Shown one piece after another: positions 25,411 to 41,320 of a DNA stretch of 64,000 nucleotides. Positions within the stretch are counted from its first letter, which is position 1. Every line of letters begins with the position of its first letter. The DNA is from the human T2T-CHM13v2.0 reference genome, Homo sapiens: NCBI RefSeq assembly GCF_009914755.1, contig NC_060947.1; one strand, given 5' to 3'. The notes beneath the pieces are model-generated. The model did no database searches. It worked only from the letters and a program-made list of their open reading frames with translations, and was not told the origin of the DNA. The position numbers and the translations under genes were made by a program.

Positions 25411-27199
25411 ATCTAGAATAGAACAGTGAGAGTCTCCATCTTATGTGTTGGTAATTCTCACTCAGCAGACTTAGGAGAGGTGTACTCCCTTTTCTACACG
25501 TGGAACATAAACTTTTCAAGCCCTAGGTGATGGGTTCACTCTGTGTTGTATCCACCTCCCCTAATGTAGGGTACCCAGAAGTTGAGAGTTTGCAAAGACC
25601 CACACATCATGAGGTTTGTCCAGCCTCCGTGCGTATTCACCCCGTACCTCCTCCCTACACCACCTTATGTATACTACTTTGCAACTAGGTAGTCAGTGCC
25701 TTAGGGAAGAATTGTTTCTTCTTCTCTTCTCAGCTTTGGCTATTTTCCTTGAAAGTGGAGACAGATCATCTCTTTCAGAGGAAGCAGCAATCTGTCCCTT
25801 TGTTGCCAAAATAGAAGAAAGTCCATCTTTAGGGGTCTTGAAACTGGAGTAGAAATATAAGAATTTCCACTTGAATTATATTTCTCTTTAGCCTACCTTT
25901 CCTCACTTTAATTAAACAAGATAATTTCTTAGTAAATTATATACTTAACCAATATGAGACTAACCCCCCAACCTTCAAATCAGTTCTCATTGTATTTGCA
26001 GCTTTTGGGGAGAAGGTTGTAAGGATCTTTAGAATTGGTGGTCCCGGAGATCTTTCAAGTTTAGGAGGAGAAGGTCATAAGCACCTTTTGAATTACCTAA
26101 GATTTTAGGATGTATCTTGTGTTTGTTTGCAATGCCAATAAGTACCTTTTTATGTAGAATAGCGTACTAATACTAAGAATTAAAGCCTCTTATTAACGGC
26201 AGGACATATTAAAACAATCACTAGTCATTGTTAAAATAAAGAACAGCTCATTATTTTTCATATCTTAAAGATTGAACCCTTCACCATGATTAATAAAGGA
26301 TAGTTGTTATCTGCTTTGGTAACGAAAATTCATGTACAAAAGAAACACTTTGCCAAATTAAAAGTAAAATGGTAGCAAGAACACTTGTATCTGCACTGCT
26401 AATTAAAAGACTTAACTTATTAGACCTTAAGCGGGGAGGAAAAAAGAAACAAACAAGTATAATTTGCCAGATTAATTTTATGGTCTGTTCTATTTAATCA
26501 AACTATACCTTTTAGTGAAAATGACAAATCTGAGTTGTCAGAAGGTGGTAGATAAGGAAGATAAAGGTCATATATTTTAATGTCACAGAAGGTCTTATTA
26601 AAGGAACCTTAATTACATTAGGTACCCATGAAACATTAATTAAATACTGTCTGAAATAATTAGATCCACGTTACTGATGGTTTAATTAAACTCAGTTTCT
26701 TTTTTTGTAAGAAAACTAAAGGTCCAGTATCTCTGTCGGCAGCATAATTGATAATATGTCAAAAAGGCAAAATAGTAACCTTGACCAACCACAGACAGAG
26801 GGTAATATGGCTCTCAGGGCCTTCTGTGCATTAACTTCATTGTCTATGGTGGCCGGTGTCTCCAAGAAGACCTCATGATGTGTGTGCCTTTGCAAACTGT
26901 CAGCTTCTGGGGGTCCTAGCATAGGAGAGGTGAATACAAAACAGTGAATCCATCCTGTGGGGCTTAAAAAGTATATGCTCCACATGAAGAAAGGTGGTAT
27001 GCTTAATACATGCACCTTTTCATTCTAGAAATGCATCCTGCCTTTTGTCATCTCTGCTTATTGTATCTCAGAAATGCCAGCACCCTTTCTGACCACTCAG
27101 TCTGCCCAGAGAGTATCATGGCATTGAACTCCTTTCCCGTATTTGTTTATTATCTCTGTGCTCCAACATTTATTTTCTTTTTTACTTGTATATCTTTGA

Positions 27200-27410
27200 A
27201 GTTAAAAGCATGGGCTTTGGAATCAGATTGCAGGGTTTGAATCTCAACTCTGCCACAGCTGTGTAACCTTGGGTAAGTTACTTCTTTGAATTGGTTTCCT
27301 CATCCTTAAAATATTAGATGTAATAATAGCTAATTTAAAAAGTTGTTATGAGGTTGATGCTTTAATGTATATAAAATACTTACCACAGGTGAAAAGTACA
27401 TGGTAAGCCC
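27200..27410 (+). mobile_element. MIR
   Basis: gcatgggctttggaatcaga...ctctgccacagctgtgtaaccttgggtaagtta. Confidence 0.8.
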
Positions 27411-27769
27411 TACAAGAATGACACAGAACATTCCGTGGTCTGCAGGATCGTGAGGATTTGAGGCCCAAATTGAGTAAGTAGGTGAATACAAGTGAAATGC
27501 CAATTTAAAAGGGAAGATGATTTTACAAAAGCAAAAATGTGGCTGGAGAAGTTATGGGCTGGTGATTTGAAATGAGCTCCAGGTCTGTTTTTTGTCTTTA
27601 TGTTCAAGTCTTGGGCTGACCAAGCCATTCCCTTTCTCTGTGCTGACATATCGGGGGTTGGTAATTTGGGTAGGAGAGGAAAACGGTTTTAGTCCAATTC
27701 ACCACACCCTAGGACAGCCAGCTCTTCTTTCACATTGAATGGGACAAAATGAATCAGGATAATAGTCTT

Positions 27770-27900
27770 ACAGTTTCTAAAGTACTTCAATGTACAGTGT
27801 CTTACTTGCTCTTCTTTACAGCCCTGTGAAGTAGGAACTGATATTAGCACCGTTTGACAGATGAGGAAATTGTGGCATGGAGAGGTTAAGACACTCGTGC
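27770..27900 (-). mobile_element. MIR
   Basis: acagccctgtgaagtagg...acagatgaggaaattgtggcatggagaggttaag. Confidence 0.75.
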
Positions 27901-28035
27901 ACTATGGGCAAAATTTGTGACAAAGGTACTTTGGCAATATAAACCTTTTAGCACTGGGGATTTTAACTCTCTGTGCTTTGTTATCTGTGGGTGACATCAC
28001 CCTCCCTGAGCTCAGCACTGTGTTATGGTTTAGAG

Positions 28036-28247
28036 CAGTGTGAAAACCAGGGCCTGTGGGGTTCAACCTCACCAGTCCTTGTAGTTAAGGGTAGATTTTA
28101 CATCTTTAATGGGTTGCGGAAGAGAAGGAGGTGGAAGAAGAGGAAGGAGGGAGGAGGAGGTGAGGAGAAGGAGCTACCAAGACTGAATGTGGCTAATAAA
28201 GCCTCTTTAGTTCCTGGCCCTTTGCAGAAAAAGTTTGCTGACCCCTG
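28036..28247. mobile_element. MER58-like hAT-Charlie element
   Basis: Ends ctggccctttgcagaaaaagtttgctgacccctg. Confidence 0.7.
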
Positions 28248-28252
28248 TTTAG

Positions 28253-28421
28253 TGAGGTGCTTCTCAAACTTAAATGTACATAAGAATCCCCTGAGGATCT
28301 TGTTAAAATATAAATTCTGATTCAGTACGTCTGGGACAGGGCCTGAGATTTCTGCTTGTGTAAAAAGGTCCCAGGTGGCAACCATGCTGCTGGTCCTTGT
28401 GCTACACTTTGAACAGTAAGG
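28253..28421. mobile_element. MER5A-like hAT-Charlie element
   Basis: ttctcaaactt...gaatcccctgaggatcttgttaaaat...ctgggacagggcctgagatt. Confidence 0.8.
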
Positions 28422-30193
28422 ATTCTGCCTCAGACTAACTCTGGACCCCTAACCATGCTCTTTGCTTATAGGAACATGCACTAATAATTACTCTCCATTT
28501 GCCTGTATCTTAAAATCTTTCACTTCTTTTCTGTGTTCATAGCAGATGAACTTACAGCAATTCATCTTTAAAACAGCCTTCATTTTTTCCCTCAAAAATG
28601 GTAATGGCTTCTGCCTGCTACCTCTAGCGGCATGTCAGTTCTACATGCCAGACCCAGGGTGCAGTGAGAGGAAAAGTTGGTTCCTCGTCTCTAGGAGTGT
28701 CTTTTCGAGGCCCATGCTGCTTAGTCTGGCCTTAGTTCTTTTCTCCAGCCTCTTTAGTTATGAGCCCCACTTCCATGTTAAGCATCTCTCACAGAGACCC
28801 TACTTTTCTTTCTCTGTGGCTTTTCATATGTATTATGGAATCCAGGTCTTTCCTCTAGGCTTGCCAGCCTTCTGTTTTGGCCCCTCTCAGCTCCTTCTTT
28901 TCTGTCCTTTATCTGGCTTCCCTGGCAGGAACTCTCTTCGTTTCTCTTGACTCATTCCTTGGTATGGTGGTTATTCCATTTGCACACAATTCTCATTTCA
29001 TAGCTAAGCACCAAACCTCAGGAGTCTGTGTTTGAAACAGAGTGGTCTTCCCCTTCCAGAATATGGTCAGCTTCCTCCTTGTTAGAATCTGATCTATTAG
29101 ATGTAGATGCCAGGCAGAGGGACTTTGACTTACTCCATTTCTGTTTCACATAATGTCTTGTTAATAATGAGTACATATTAATTACACGTATGCCACAATC
29201 ATAATTTAGTTACAGTAGTTGGCACTCGGCAGTTTATCCTAGTAAAAAGTAGCATTACCAATCAACGTTACCATTGACCTGAGTTCTGGTTTAGATTGGA
29301 GTGTAGCAATTCTTACTCCAAAAAGAATGAACTCTGATTAATGTCCTACCACTCATCTCCCTGGTTTGGCCTAGGATATGTGGTATGTCATGCCATTGGA
29401 TCCTTCTTGTACTCCAGAAGTCATGTCATTTTAAGCTGAGTGGCTGGCACTTTTTGCCACAACTGTTTTTTATCCTGTGGCTCTCAACTGCCTACTGCAA
29501 GTGTCTCTCAATTTATTCTGCCCTGCATTCCTTAAACAAGTCCAGAAAAGAGAAGCAATTTGCCCAAGGTCACACAGCACATTTGGTGGCAGAGAAAGAC
29601 CCAGATCCTCACCTTTGTTCTTTCATTCTAACTATATTTTACTAATGAAACAGAAGAGTGGTAACCTTCATTTTTCTATTTTTCAACATATACCTGGATC
29701 AGCATAAACTTTATAGTTTTTTCCTCAATGCAGTTCTACTAACTCCCAGGTAATCTTGCATACATATATTTTTAAAATAATTTCCTTTTGGGGGAAAAAA
29801 AGAAGCCATCTTTAACCTAGAATATTTAGCTTTTTGAGTATTGATAGTAGTACATATAAATGCAAAGTCCAACAGCCTCCTGTCCTCAAACCTCCAAACT
29901 CCACAAAACCCCAGGGGAATGGTAAACTTAATTTTAGGAATAAAAAAATGTAAAAGCTAGCCAGGCTGCCATCCATCTATTCATTTGCTCATCTGTCTAT
30001 CTCTAGTTTGTTAATTTCACCTCTGATAACTTTCCCCTTTAGTTCCTTTGTTTATCCCTCAGTGAGGCCACATATACAGGGAGAGGAGCCTGAGGAATTT
30101 GGGCAAGGCAGTGATCTTAGTTTCTCGGCCTGATCATTAGGTGCATAGGATCTGTGAGCTGCAAGTCGCAGTTTAGAAAATATTTCAAGTAGT

Positions 30194-30505
<312 letters not shown>

Positions 30506-30954
30506 TCAAGTGGTGATTTTTTTTTTCCCAAAAGCAATTCCATTTGATTTCAATGGATAGCTGTATTGGCCATTTTTTAAAAATTTTATTTTGCATTCTC
30601 CCATTGAGGAAAAAGAAGTTGGAGGACAGAGAGAGAATATATTATTTTCATTGTTTTGTTCAAATGACAACATTCAAATTTAGACCTTTTATTTAAATCC
30701 TTGGGTTTTACTTACAGCTCAGTATAAATATTGTCATAAATTAATTGCTCTCACGGTTTGGTCGATGACCTCAGAAATGGTAGTTATGGATTGATTTCCA
30801 GAAAGCAAAAAGAATTTTTTTAAGGAATAAAATAATTAGATGCAGCAGTGTGACAGAGATAGTCATCTGTTTATATGTCTGCCCTTATGTAAGCTATATT
30901 AAATCCTAAAGAGAATAAGCAAATCTTTGATTGTTTATTTTAGAAGTCACCTTT

Positions 30955-31342
<388 letters not shown>

Positions 31343-33189
31343 TCAACTAAAATCCTACATGTTGTTAGCTTGGATGGCTGCTCTTCAGGCAGCAGATTTG
31401 ATTGTAGAGCACTTTAATGGCTTTCACACTGTGTCTGCCATGAGTCGCATGTATGCAGAGACCCTACTAAGGTCTCTGGGTTTGGAACAAAGGGACCGCA
31501 CTGGATAGGTAAATGAACTCTGGAGTTTGACGGCTCCATGGCCAGCTGAGCAGACTATAGGATATCTTGCTGTTTCTCCCTTCCTAGCAATTATTCACTT
31601 AGATTTCAGGATGTTGCTTTATTCTCTAAGAAAGTCTGTAGGAAGAGGAATTCTCTCATTTACTCCCTCCCTCACTCATCTCTATTCTTCTACCCAACTT
31701 TCCCAACTGGTGACAGACTAGGGGACCTTGTTTCTTTTTTCTCTTTTTTTCTCTTGTTAAGTGTTGACATACTTATTTGCCTAGAGTAACTCAGTTAAGC
31801 CAGCCACCCAGGAGGTAGGCAGGTCACATAAGCCGAATTAACCATGACAGTTCCCAAAGCAGTATAAAGCTTTTCCCAGGAATTATCCTTTGGGCTTTTC
31901 TAATGCTAAGATATGCAGTCTCATGTGACTTATCTTGATATGGAATACAAAGCAGTTCCACACACTCAATACATTTTTTTTTTTTTGAAGTAACAGAAAT
32001 TTTAAATAAAAGTTATCTGTAGCCAGTGGCCTGGTCCCTGCTGGGACCCTTGTTTACCTCAGGGCAGAGAAAAAAAGGCCCTTTCTGAGATTGGGAGCTC
32101 TCTGCAGATGCAGGATGGTATATGCTGGCACCTCCTAGAGTCACCTTGAAAGGAGCATAAACCAGCATTGGGAAATAAAGTCAATTCCAAATCAGCATGT
32201 TTGTTTTTCATTTTAGCCAGGCAAAAGTAAAAACAAACCAAAGCATAACTCTCTTCACAGTGTCTTAACCCTTAATACAAAGCAGATACTTTGATTAGTT
32301 GTCACTGCAAATTGTTGAAAAGCATGCCCTCTGCGCAGGCCACCTCAAGGCTGTGGGGGCCTGTGGACCTGACAAGACTCAGAGGAGCTAGCCCTGGGGG
32401 AGGCTACACCCAGCTCAGTAGCCCCACAAGGCAGCTGGATTTCCTTTTTCCCTAGGAGCACTCACCTGCTGTATTGCCCACTTTACCATAAAGATCTTTC
32501 CTAAAAGAAGAGTGGCCAGTGAATTATGGAGCAGGAATGTAATAAGGCAGGTAGAAATGTGCCCTGTTATCAGTCACACACATTCAAGCCCAGCCTGGGA
32601 CAGCATAGTAGACGAGACTATAAGCTCTGGGATCTTCTCATTCAACCAAGATTGCTTCATACAAAAGTTGACAATGCCGGCCAGAAAGCCATTGTTGATA
32701 TTCAACATTTTTTAAAATAGCTGAACAGACCAGACAATAAGGCATGACAGAAAACTTGGACAGGAAGATGACTTGGAGTCTGGCTTAAGAAGGAAACATG
32801 CTATTGAAGGTAGGCAACAAACACACATTTCTAAATGTTAAATTTCTTTGAAAATAAGAATCAACTCTGCTGTTCATTTATTTTCCTCCTCTAAAGCCAC
32901 AAAGCCAAGCAGAACTCAATTTCAGTTGCTCGTTAGGTTATCTCTCTAGTCTTCCTTTTTTGCACATTGAAATTCTCAAGCATGGGAACTCTATGATCCT
33001 TTCTTGCTGTTTGATCGGTCAGGGAGAAGGCTAAGAAGACACCTCGAAGGGCCTTTCATAAAGGATTTGTAGCACTGAAAGGTGTCCTGGAACCATCATA
33101 AAATCATTAATTCATTCAGCAAATATTTATTGAGTACCCACGATGAGCTATGGGGTTGCAATAGTGAACAAAATTGACATAGTCCCTGC

Positions 33190-33286
33190 TATGGTCACCA
33201 TCCACCACTGTTCTGGCTTTAGCACTGGAAATCCCACATCTGGGAACCCCCTCAAGTCCTGAGAAAACTGGGATAGTTAGTCACCA
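33190..33286. mobile_element. MER81-like hAT-Blackjack fragment within an antisense L2 end
   Basis: tttagcactggaaatcccacatctgggaaccccctcaagtcc...gttagtcacc. Confidence 0.5.
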
Positions 33287-33451
33287 ATTCTTCCGTTCTT
33301 GAAAGCTAACACTCCATGAATTCCTGAGAGTGAGTGGGTAAATTGTGGCTACCTGAGTCCTGGTACCAAACCTGGTTCTTACCAGCTACATGATCTGTGT
33401 CAAGACACTCTGCTCATCCCCAGTTTTCTCATTTGCAAACAGGAAAAATAA

Positions 33452-33784
<333 letters not shown>

Positions 33785-33851
33785 CCTCAAAGAGTTATTT
33801 TAAGATGAAATGAATGTTGTCTTTTGAGTCTGTAGGAACTGACTTTGATGA

Positions 33852-34258
<407 letters not shown>

Positions 34259-34764
34259 TCTATGCTTTATTAAATCATGATGGAACCTGCCAGAAATCTG
34301 ATAATATATCTTGTTACTAGTGTTTGGATGAGGTAGGGTCTCAGGTCCATAGTACTTTGTTAGGGGAAAGGACTGACCCCCAGAGAGAGGCCCATGCTGT
34401 CTGCGGGCAGAGGCAAAAATATAGGTACCTTATTCTTCAAGTGGGGATTTGGGCTAAAGATTAAAGCATTAAAGTGAAAGAGGGACATGTATAATCCTAC
34501 ATTAACTCCACTTCTGTTGGGAGTTGGTTTTCACTTTTCTTCGTTAGAGTTTTAAGATTTCTTTTTTCTTTGCCAAGCTCACTCTCTCTTTCCTATAATT
34601 TATAATCTTATTTAACATGAGCATCTATTAGGCACCCAGCATATACCAGCCATTTTGCTAGGGACTGGGCTGCTGAAAGGAAGCAGATCTGGTTACTTTC
34701 CTCAAAGAGCTGACAGTCTAGTTGGAAACACATGAAACACATACTCACACACACACAAACCTCT

Positions 34765-34977
34765 CCCTCTCGGGCTCAAACAATCCTCCCACCTCAGCCT
34801 CCAGAGTACCTGGAACCACTAACATGCAACATAACACAAGCCTGATTTTTTAATTTTTGTAGAGATTGGGTCTTGCTATGTTACACAGGCTGATCTCAAA
34901 CTATTGAGCTCAAGTGATCTGCCCACCTTGGCCTCCCAAAGTACTGGGAGTACAGGCATGAGCCACCATACCCAGCT
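34765..34977 (-). mobile_element. AluJ, 3' end missing
   Basis: ggctcaaacaatcctcccacctcagcc...gagccaccatacccagct. Confidence 0.88.
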
Positions 34978-35509
34978 GGACACAGAGGTTTTTGGTTTTT
35001 TAAGTTTTTTATTCCTTCCTTTGTACAGCTTCCCTCTTTTTTTTTTTTTTTTAAGTAGCTCTAGGCCTTTGTTTTTTCCTGCCTTCAAATATCTCCCCTT
35101 CCCCACTTCCCCCACCTAATTTCACTTTATCTTCCATATGATGGGTGAATACCACTCGTTTCACAGGCACCACTGATATTGGTTTTCCATGCACCACATT
35201 ACAAACAAATGTGGCTTTTAAGGTTGAACTTCATTAGTCCATACTAACAATGTAGGCTCTCTCATTATTAGCCAGTTATAATGCTATTTTTAAAATTTGT
35301 CGTGGGAGAAGACACTCAATTTCCATTCCTGGTGTACAAAGAGGGGGACACATTTCCTACCCTCTTTGAATTGTTTGTAACAGGTAACCTTTTAGCCTCT
35401 TCACAGTCAGCTAAAGAGCTAGGTTTCATTGGCAATGAGAGAGTATGATGGCATGAACCTTGTCCTTTCGTTAGATTCAAATGGGTTTCATTTCAACCTA
35501 TTTGTCTGA

Positions 35510-35905
<396 letters not shown>

Positions 35906-36694
35906 GGGGGAAATACTTTTAATACCTGGCCAGAAAATTGAATAGGATGTTATTATGATCAGGGACCAGTACAACATGGCTTTTGCACCCTTCATTAAAT
36001 TAACACATTTGCTGAGCACACTTATACAATGCCAAGGACTTTTCTTAGGCTTGTCATTTAATATGAAGATATATAAGATCAAATATTGCTCTAAAGGAAC
36101 TTATGGGCCACCAAATGGATCCACAAAAAAAAAATATGAGTATTGTATAATGGATGCTCTGAGAGGCACAGGCTAGGAATTACAGTGGGGTTTTGGGGGA
36201 AGTAGGAAGGCATTAGGGAAGGTTTCATGGGAGCTGCCTGCTCAGTGGCAGAAGTAGTCAGAGTATGTCTGCAGATCATTCAGTTGCCTTGCTACTAGAG
36301 AACCAATTATATCCCCCCACTCCTGACATTTCTTCCACATCTTCAGAAAAGCCACATTGAATCATGATCAGCTTTTCCAGTATGCCTTTTAAATTTGCTG
36401 CAGTGACTGTGTGTGTGAGCCAGTGTCCACCTTCGCTGTTTTCTAACTCTTTGCTCACCATAATTTTATGTCAACTACACTTCAAATATAGTGTAGAGGT
36501 TGAAGGACTTCTGGAAGTCCTTTTGTAACTTTTGGTTACACACATTTTCATAATAGGGTTTCATCATTATATGATGGTGGTGATGTGAATCTTTTTATTA
36601 TGTTTCATCTTTTTCCATATACTCCAGAAACTGGCAATGGTTAATGGCAGAAGTGTGAGGACAAATTATCTTCCTGGTCATTTCTATTACATAA

Positions 36695-36860
36695 GCATTA
36701 CCACTATCATATCTGTGATGTTCTAGGTGCCTTATACACATTATCACTAATTTTTATACCATCTCTATAAATTAGGTTTTATTATCTCCATTTTATGGAT
36801 GAAGAATCCAAGGCACAGAGAAGTTATGTAACTCGCCTAGGGTCATCTAACTAGCAGAAG
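36695..36860 (-). mobile_element. MIR
   Basis: attatctccattttatggatgaagaatccaaggcacagagaagtta. Confidence 0.75.
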
Positions 36861-37558
36861 GCTCACAAGCACAAATACTATGATATAGTTAGCAAAGGCC
36901 ATAGAATAAACTCTGTTGGTGTAATGGAAGCTGTCTCTACCAACTTAAAATTTTGCTTAACATAAATTATTTGTCTATGTTTTCACCCACCTGCAGTGAG
37001 AAAACATGAATATTTTCCCATGTTTAGATTCAGTTTTTCAAATTCCTTGGTAGCAGGTAGTTTGTCCTCCTATGAGTCCACATGTTCTATTTTAGATAAG
37101 ATTGTATTTTATCTTTTTAAAGAAATCCCTGGGCTGGCTACTGGATGGGATTAGGTGCATGTCATTTCTCCTGCACGTGTTGCACATTGTCCAAGATCTC
37201 TGTGATGGAGCCAGATCTTGTAACTTCACAGCCACCACGTGCCCTTTCCTATGTGTACACACCACAATTCTGTCCCTAAATCAAGGCACTCTGTTAAATG
37301 TCATCTTTCTTTCCCAGTTTTAGCCCAGGATGGTGAGTAGATGGGTAAATGGGCCTTTTAGAGTGTCTCCGCTTGAAGTATAGAATTCATAATTGTAAAC
37401 CATGGTCAAATAAAATTTCATTCTTATTTTTCCCCTGACCTTTGGTAAGTGAGTCTCAGCTCAGTCCTTTTGGCAGATCCTGAATTTTGGGTCAGTGCAG
37501 AACATATTCAATTTATCTACAAGGCCTAAAAGCAATCTTCCAAGCTGCTATTTGTTGA

Positions 37559-37903
<345 letters not shown>

Positions 37904-38118
37904 TTACTAAATTCTTTAATCATGCCTCTGGGAAGGGAAATGGAAAGGGGCGAAATGTGCATACATTTTTCTGTTGATTCAGAAAAGGCCTGTAGTGGTA
38001 GATTCAGAAAAGTACCTGCAGCTGATGATGGAACGTTGGAGACATTTCCAGTTTATTATGCTGGTGAAAGGGATGCTGTAAAAGAAGAGGGAGGAAAGTA
38101 TTTTGTGGCTAAACTTAC

Positions 38119-38180
38119 CTTCTTCAAGTGCTCGGGATCTGCGGCAGTGTGTCATCCACCCCACTGTACACATGTGCAGC
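38119..38180 (-). ncRNA. Candidate minus-strand exon (62 nt)
   Basis: Minus acceptor tctccttctctatcccacaaccctgctcag| and perfect donor aag|gtaagt. Confidence 0.25.
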
Positions 38181-38657
38181 CTGAGCAGGGTTGTGGGATA
38201 GAGAAGGAGACAGGTTGTTTTCATTCCTGAGCCCATATTTAACCCTTTTCCAGTTATGGCCTCTGTTTTCATTTTTTATCTTCCACCTGTTCACAGAGGA
38301 TGTGGCATTGGGAATTTTTTATAAAATTTCAAAATGATCCTGAAACTATGTGATGTCTGGGGTCACCTCTTGAAGCTAAGAGGAAAAACCATCTGTCTTC
38401 TGGGGAATTCCCCAGGATTGATTTATCTTAATGAGATGTGGATAGGTGTGTTGCTCACATCTGACCCTGTTCACTCCTCTGGGATGAACACTGAATAAGT
38501 AAGATAGAAAATAATTAAGAAGGAGTCTCTAATGTTCCCTTTGGAGTTCAAAAACAAGGACATTCTTCTGCTCTTGTGACTTGGACTGTCCCATCTATTA
38601 ACTAACACTTTTCTGTGTTTCATATACAGGGAGATAAGAATCCAAACCTTCAGGCTC

Positions 38658-38742
38658 TGAGAGGATTGCTTGAGCCCAGGAATTTGAGACTAGCCTTGGC
38701 AACATAATGAGACCCTGTCTCAATATAAATAAATAAAAAAGA
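38658..38742 (+). mobile_element. Truncated FLAM/AluJ monomer
   Basis: gaggattgcttgagcccagg...gagaccctgtctc + A-rich tail. Confidence 0.85.
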
Positions 38743-38769
38743 ATTGTACCAAACTTGCAATTACTTGTA

Positions 38770-38930
38770 TATCACTCATTTAACAAATATTGAATGCCTA
38801 CTATGTACTAGGCATGTTCCTAGGGGTTGAGCTTGCAATAGTGAACAAAACAGTTAAAAATACTACTCCTTGTAGAGCTTGCATTGTAGTTGGGCAGAAA
38901 CAGGCAATAAATATTAGCTAAAATAAATTT
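38770..38930 (-). mobile_element. L2 3' end
   Basis: aaatattgaatgcctactatgtactaggc...agtgaacaaaacag. Confidence 0.75.
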
Positions 38931-39578
38931 GTGAAATACATGTAGATCCTCCCTCATACTGGCCTGAGGCTACAGAGATACCGAATACGTAGTAACTTAG
39001 AATAATTCTGGAACTTGCCTTCACTACCTAAGCTGATGAAACTCCTAGGTCCCCCTACCCAACTGGGTACTTTTGGTTCCTTAACAGACCACCAGTATTA
39101 ACTTTTAAGCTTCTTGGCCCAGTCTCTTGCTGCGAACATCATGAGTTACATGGGTGAGTGCCTTACCACTTGGGAAAGCTGTATTACTGCCACCACCACT
39201 GTGACTCTTGCTTACTGTGGGATCATCTTTTTTGCCTGCACGCAAGGCTGATTATTCACCGCAGTGCAGGGCTTCCCTTTCCTCTTCCTATTTTCTCATG
39301 GTAGCCTCTGACTTTTTCCCCTCTGACCAGATTTCTACTTTTCCTTGCACACCAGATTCAGTCTTCATCTGTCTGTGATATACTATGGCTAGTGTTCCAA
39401 ATCGTGCTCTTTATAACTACAAGTAGATATCAGTTAACTTTTGTTGGTTCTTTTAAAATTATTCACATATTTTCTAATAATAAAAGTAATATATATTCAC
39501 TTAATAGAACTTGGAGAATACAGAAAAATGGAAAACAATCAGCAATAATATTAACACCCAGAGATACCTAACTGGCAC

Positions 39579-39755
39579 CAGGGCCATTTCCACGGCATGC
39601 AACCTATGCAGTATCTCAGAGCCCAGTATCTAGATGGACCCTGCACTTGGTTTAATGCTCTGCTACTGCCATCGTGACATTCTTAATAACCTTTGAACAA
39701 AGATCCACACATCTTCATTTTTCACTGTGCCCTGTGAAGGATGTAGCTAGTCCTG
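39579..39755 (+). mobile_element. MER91A-like hAT-Tip100 MITE in an old antisense L1ME
   Basis: cagggcc...cacttggtttaatgctctgct...ttttcactgtgccctg...atgtagctagtcctg. Confidence 0.8.
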
Positions 39756-41320
39756 CCTACTTTTAGCATTATTGTTGTATTCCTTCTGGCCTTCATGTAT
39801 AGATTTTTAAAACAATTGTGATTATAGGGTTTGCATATTTTCGAATCCTGTTTCTTTCACTGAACATTACACAATGTGAATGTTCCTATTTCATTAGATA
39901 TTATTTGAAAGTATTTTTAGTTGATGAGTGATATTTGATCACTTATTTAATCATTTTTCTGTTGTTGAACTTTTAGGTGGTTAGTTGATTCTTGAGATCT
40001 GGTTTTAGAGCTCAGTGCCAGGAACATCATGAGTGCTAAATAAATGTTAGCTATTATTATGTCTCCATGATTCCTCAGGCATTTCTGAAAATTGGTGTTC
40101 ATGGTCTCTCAGGGATGAAATTCAATCATCTGCTTTCTAGGTTTGCTGTGCTTTCTGATGTCATCCAAAAACTGGGCCATTGGGTTTCCTGTGCTGGGAT
40201 AATGACGGCCTTATTTCATCAACCTGGGTGATGAGATGCTGCGCTAATTCGGAGCCTGGAGTTTTGCATCTCAGAGCTTAGATCTTGATTTTCCGTTGTT
40301 GTTCCTGACCTCACCTGTGAACTCCCAACACAGTTCTTTTGGGGCCTTTGGAATTCAAATAATTTCTAGAGCTGGGAAGTGCCTTGGAAAAAATTGTGAA
40401 TCCCTCACCTTGCAAATGAAGACTCTCTAGCCCCAAAGATAAAGGCTCTATCTATAATATAGGAACAGAGGTGGGATCTGAGGCTAGTTCTCTGGTACTT
40501 TTACTTCATCATTATTTAACAATGCTCATTCCTTAAGAGTGGTGGGAGGTATACTACCTTTCTCAAATTAACCTAAGAACTTCTTGAAAGTCGTAGATCA
40601 GTAAGTACTCAGCAAATGATGGTCATTTGAGGTTTCTCTATGCCCTTGTTCTTTTTCCCTGATAATGATGAATCTAGGGATGGGGGTAGGGACAGGGCAG
40701 GAATGGCTGTTAAATTCATTCCTCTTGAATCTGCTTGCTGTATCCCCTGGAAGGACAGTGCCCCTACAATTCTTGACAGATTCTTGGACAAGGAAAAAGA
40801 GTTAGTTGTTTACTGGGCATTAAGATGCTCAAAATTTTTCTAATTCTAAAACAGGTTTAGCTGCTGAAAATAGCAAAAGGGTAGGAAAAAAGGATTGTTC
40901 TTGGCTCTAGCATTAGGACCACGAGTACTTTTTTCTTTCTGCTTTTTGGAATTTCAGGTTTTTATAATGATCTTTTTTATTTTTATAGAGGAAGATATGT
41001 CTTAAGGAAGAAAAAAAAAGTGCATTTGAGTGCTTTAGTTTTCTTTTCCCCTCAGGAATGGTAATGATGTTTAGGCAAATTGCTTCCTGAACCTATAGGC
41101 CCTAGTCAGCCTCCCTGACATTCACAGTTCTGGGACACAGATGAAGGACTATTATATTAAAGCAGTTGTCTTATGGAATATCGTATCTTCTCCAAAGCCT
41201 TCTTTGGCCCCCAAACCATTTTGTTGCAGTGGTTCAGCCAGATGCTGGAAAAGTGCAATTTATTTTCTCCAAATATTTGAAAATATGGAACTGCAGCTTT
41301 TCCCTTTGTGCCCATAGCCA

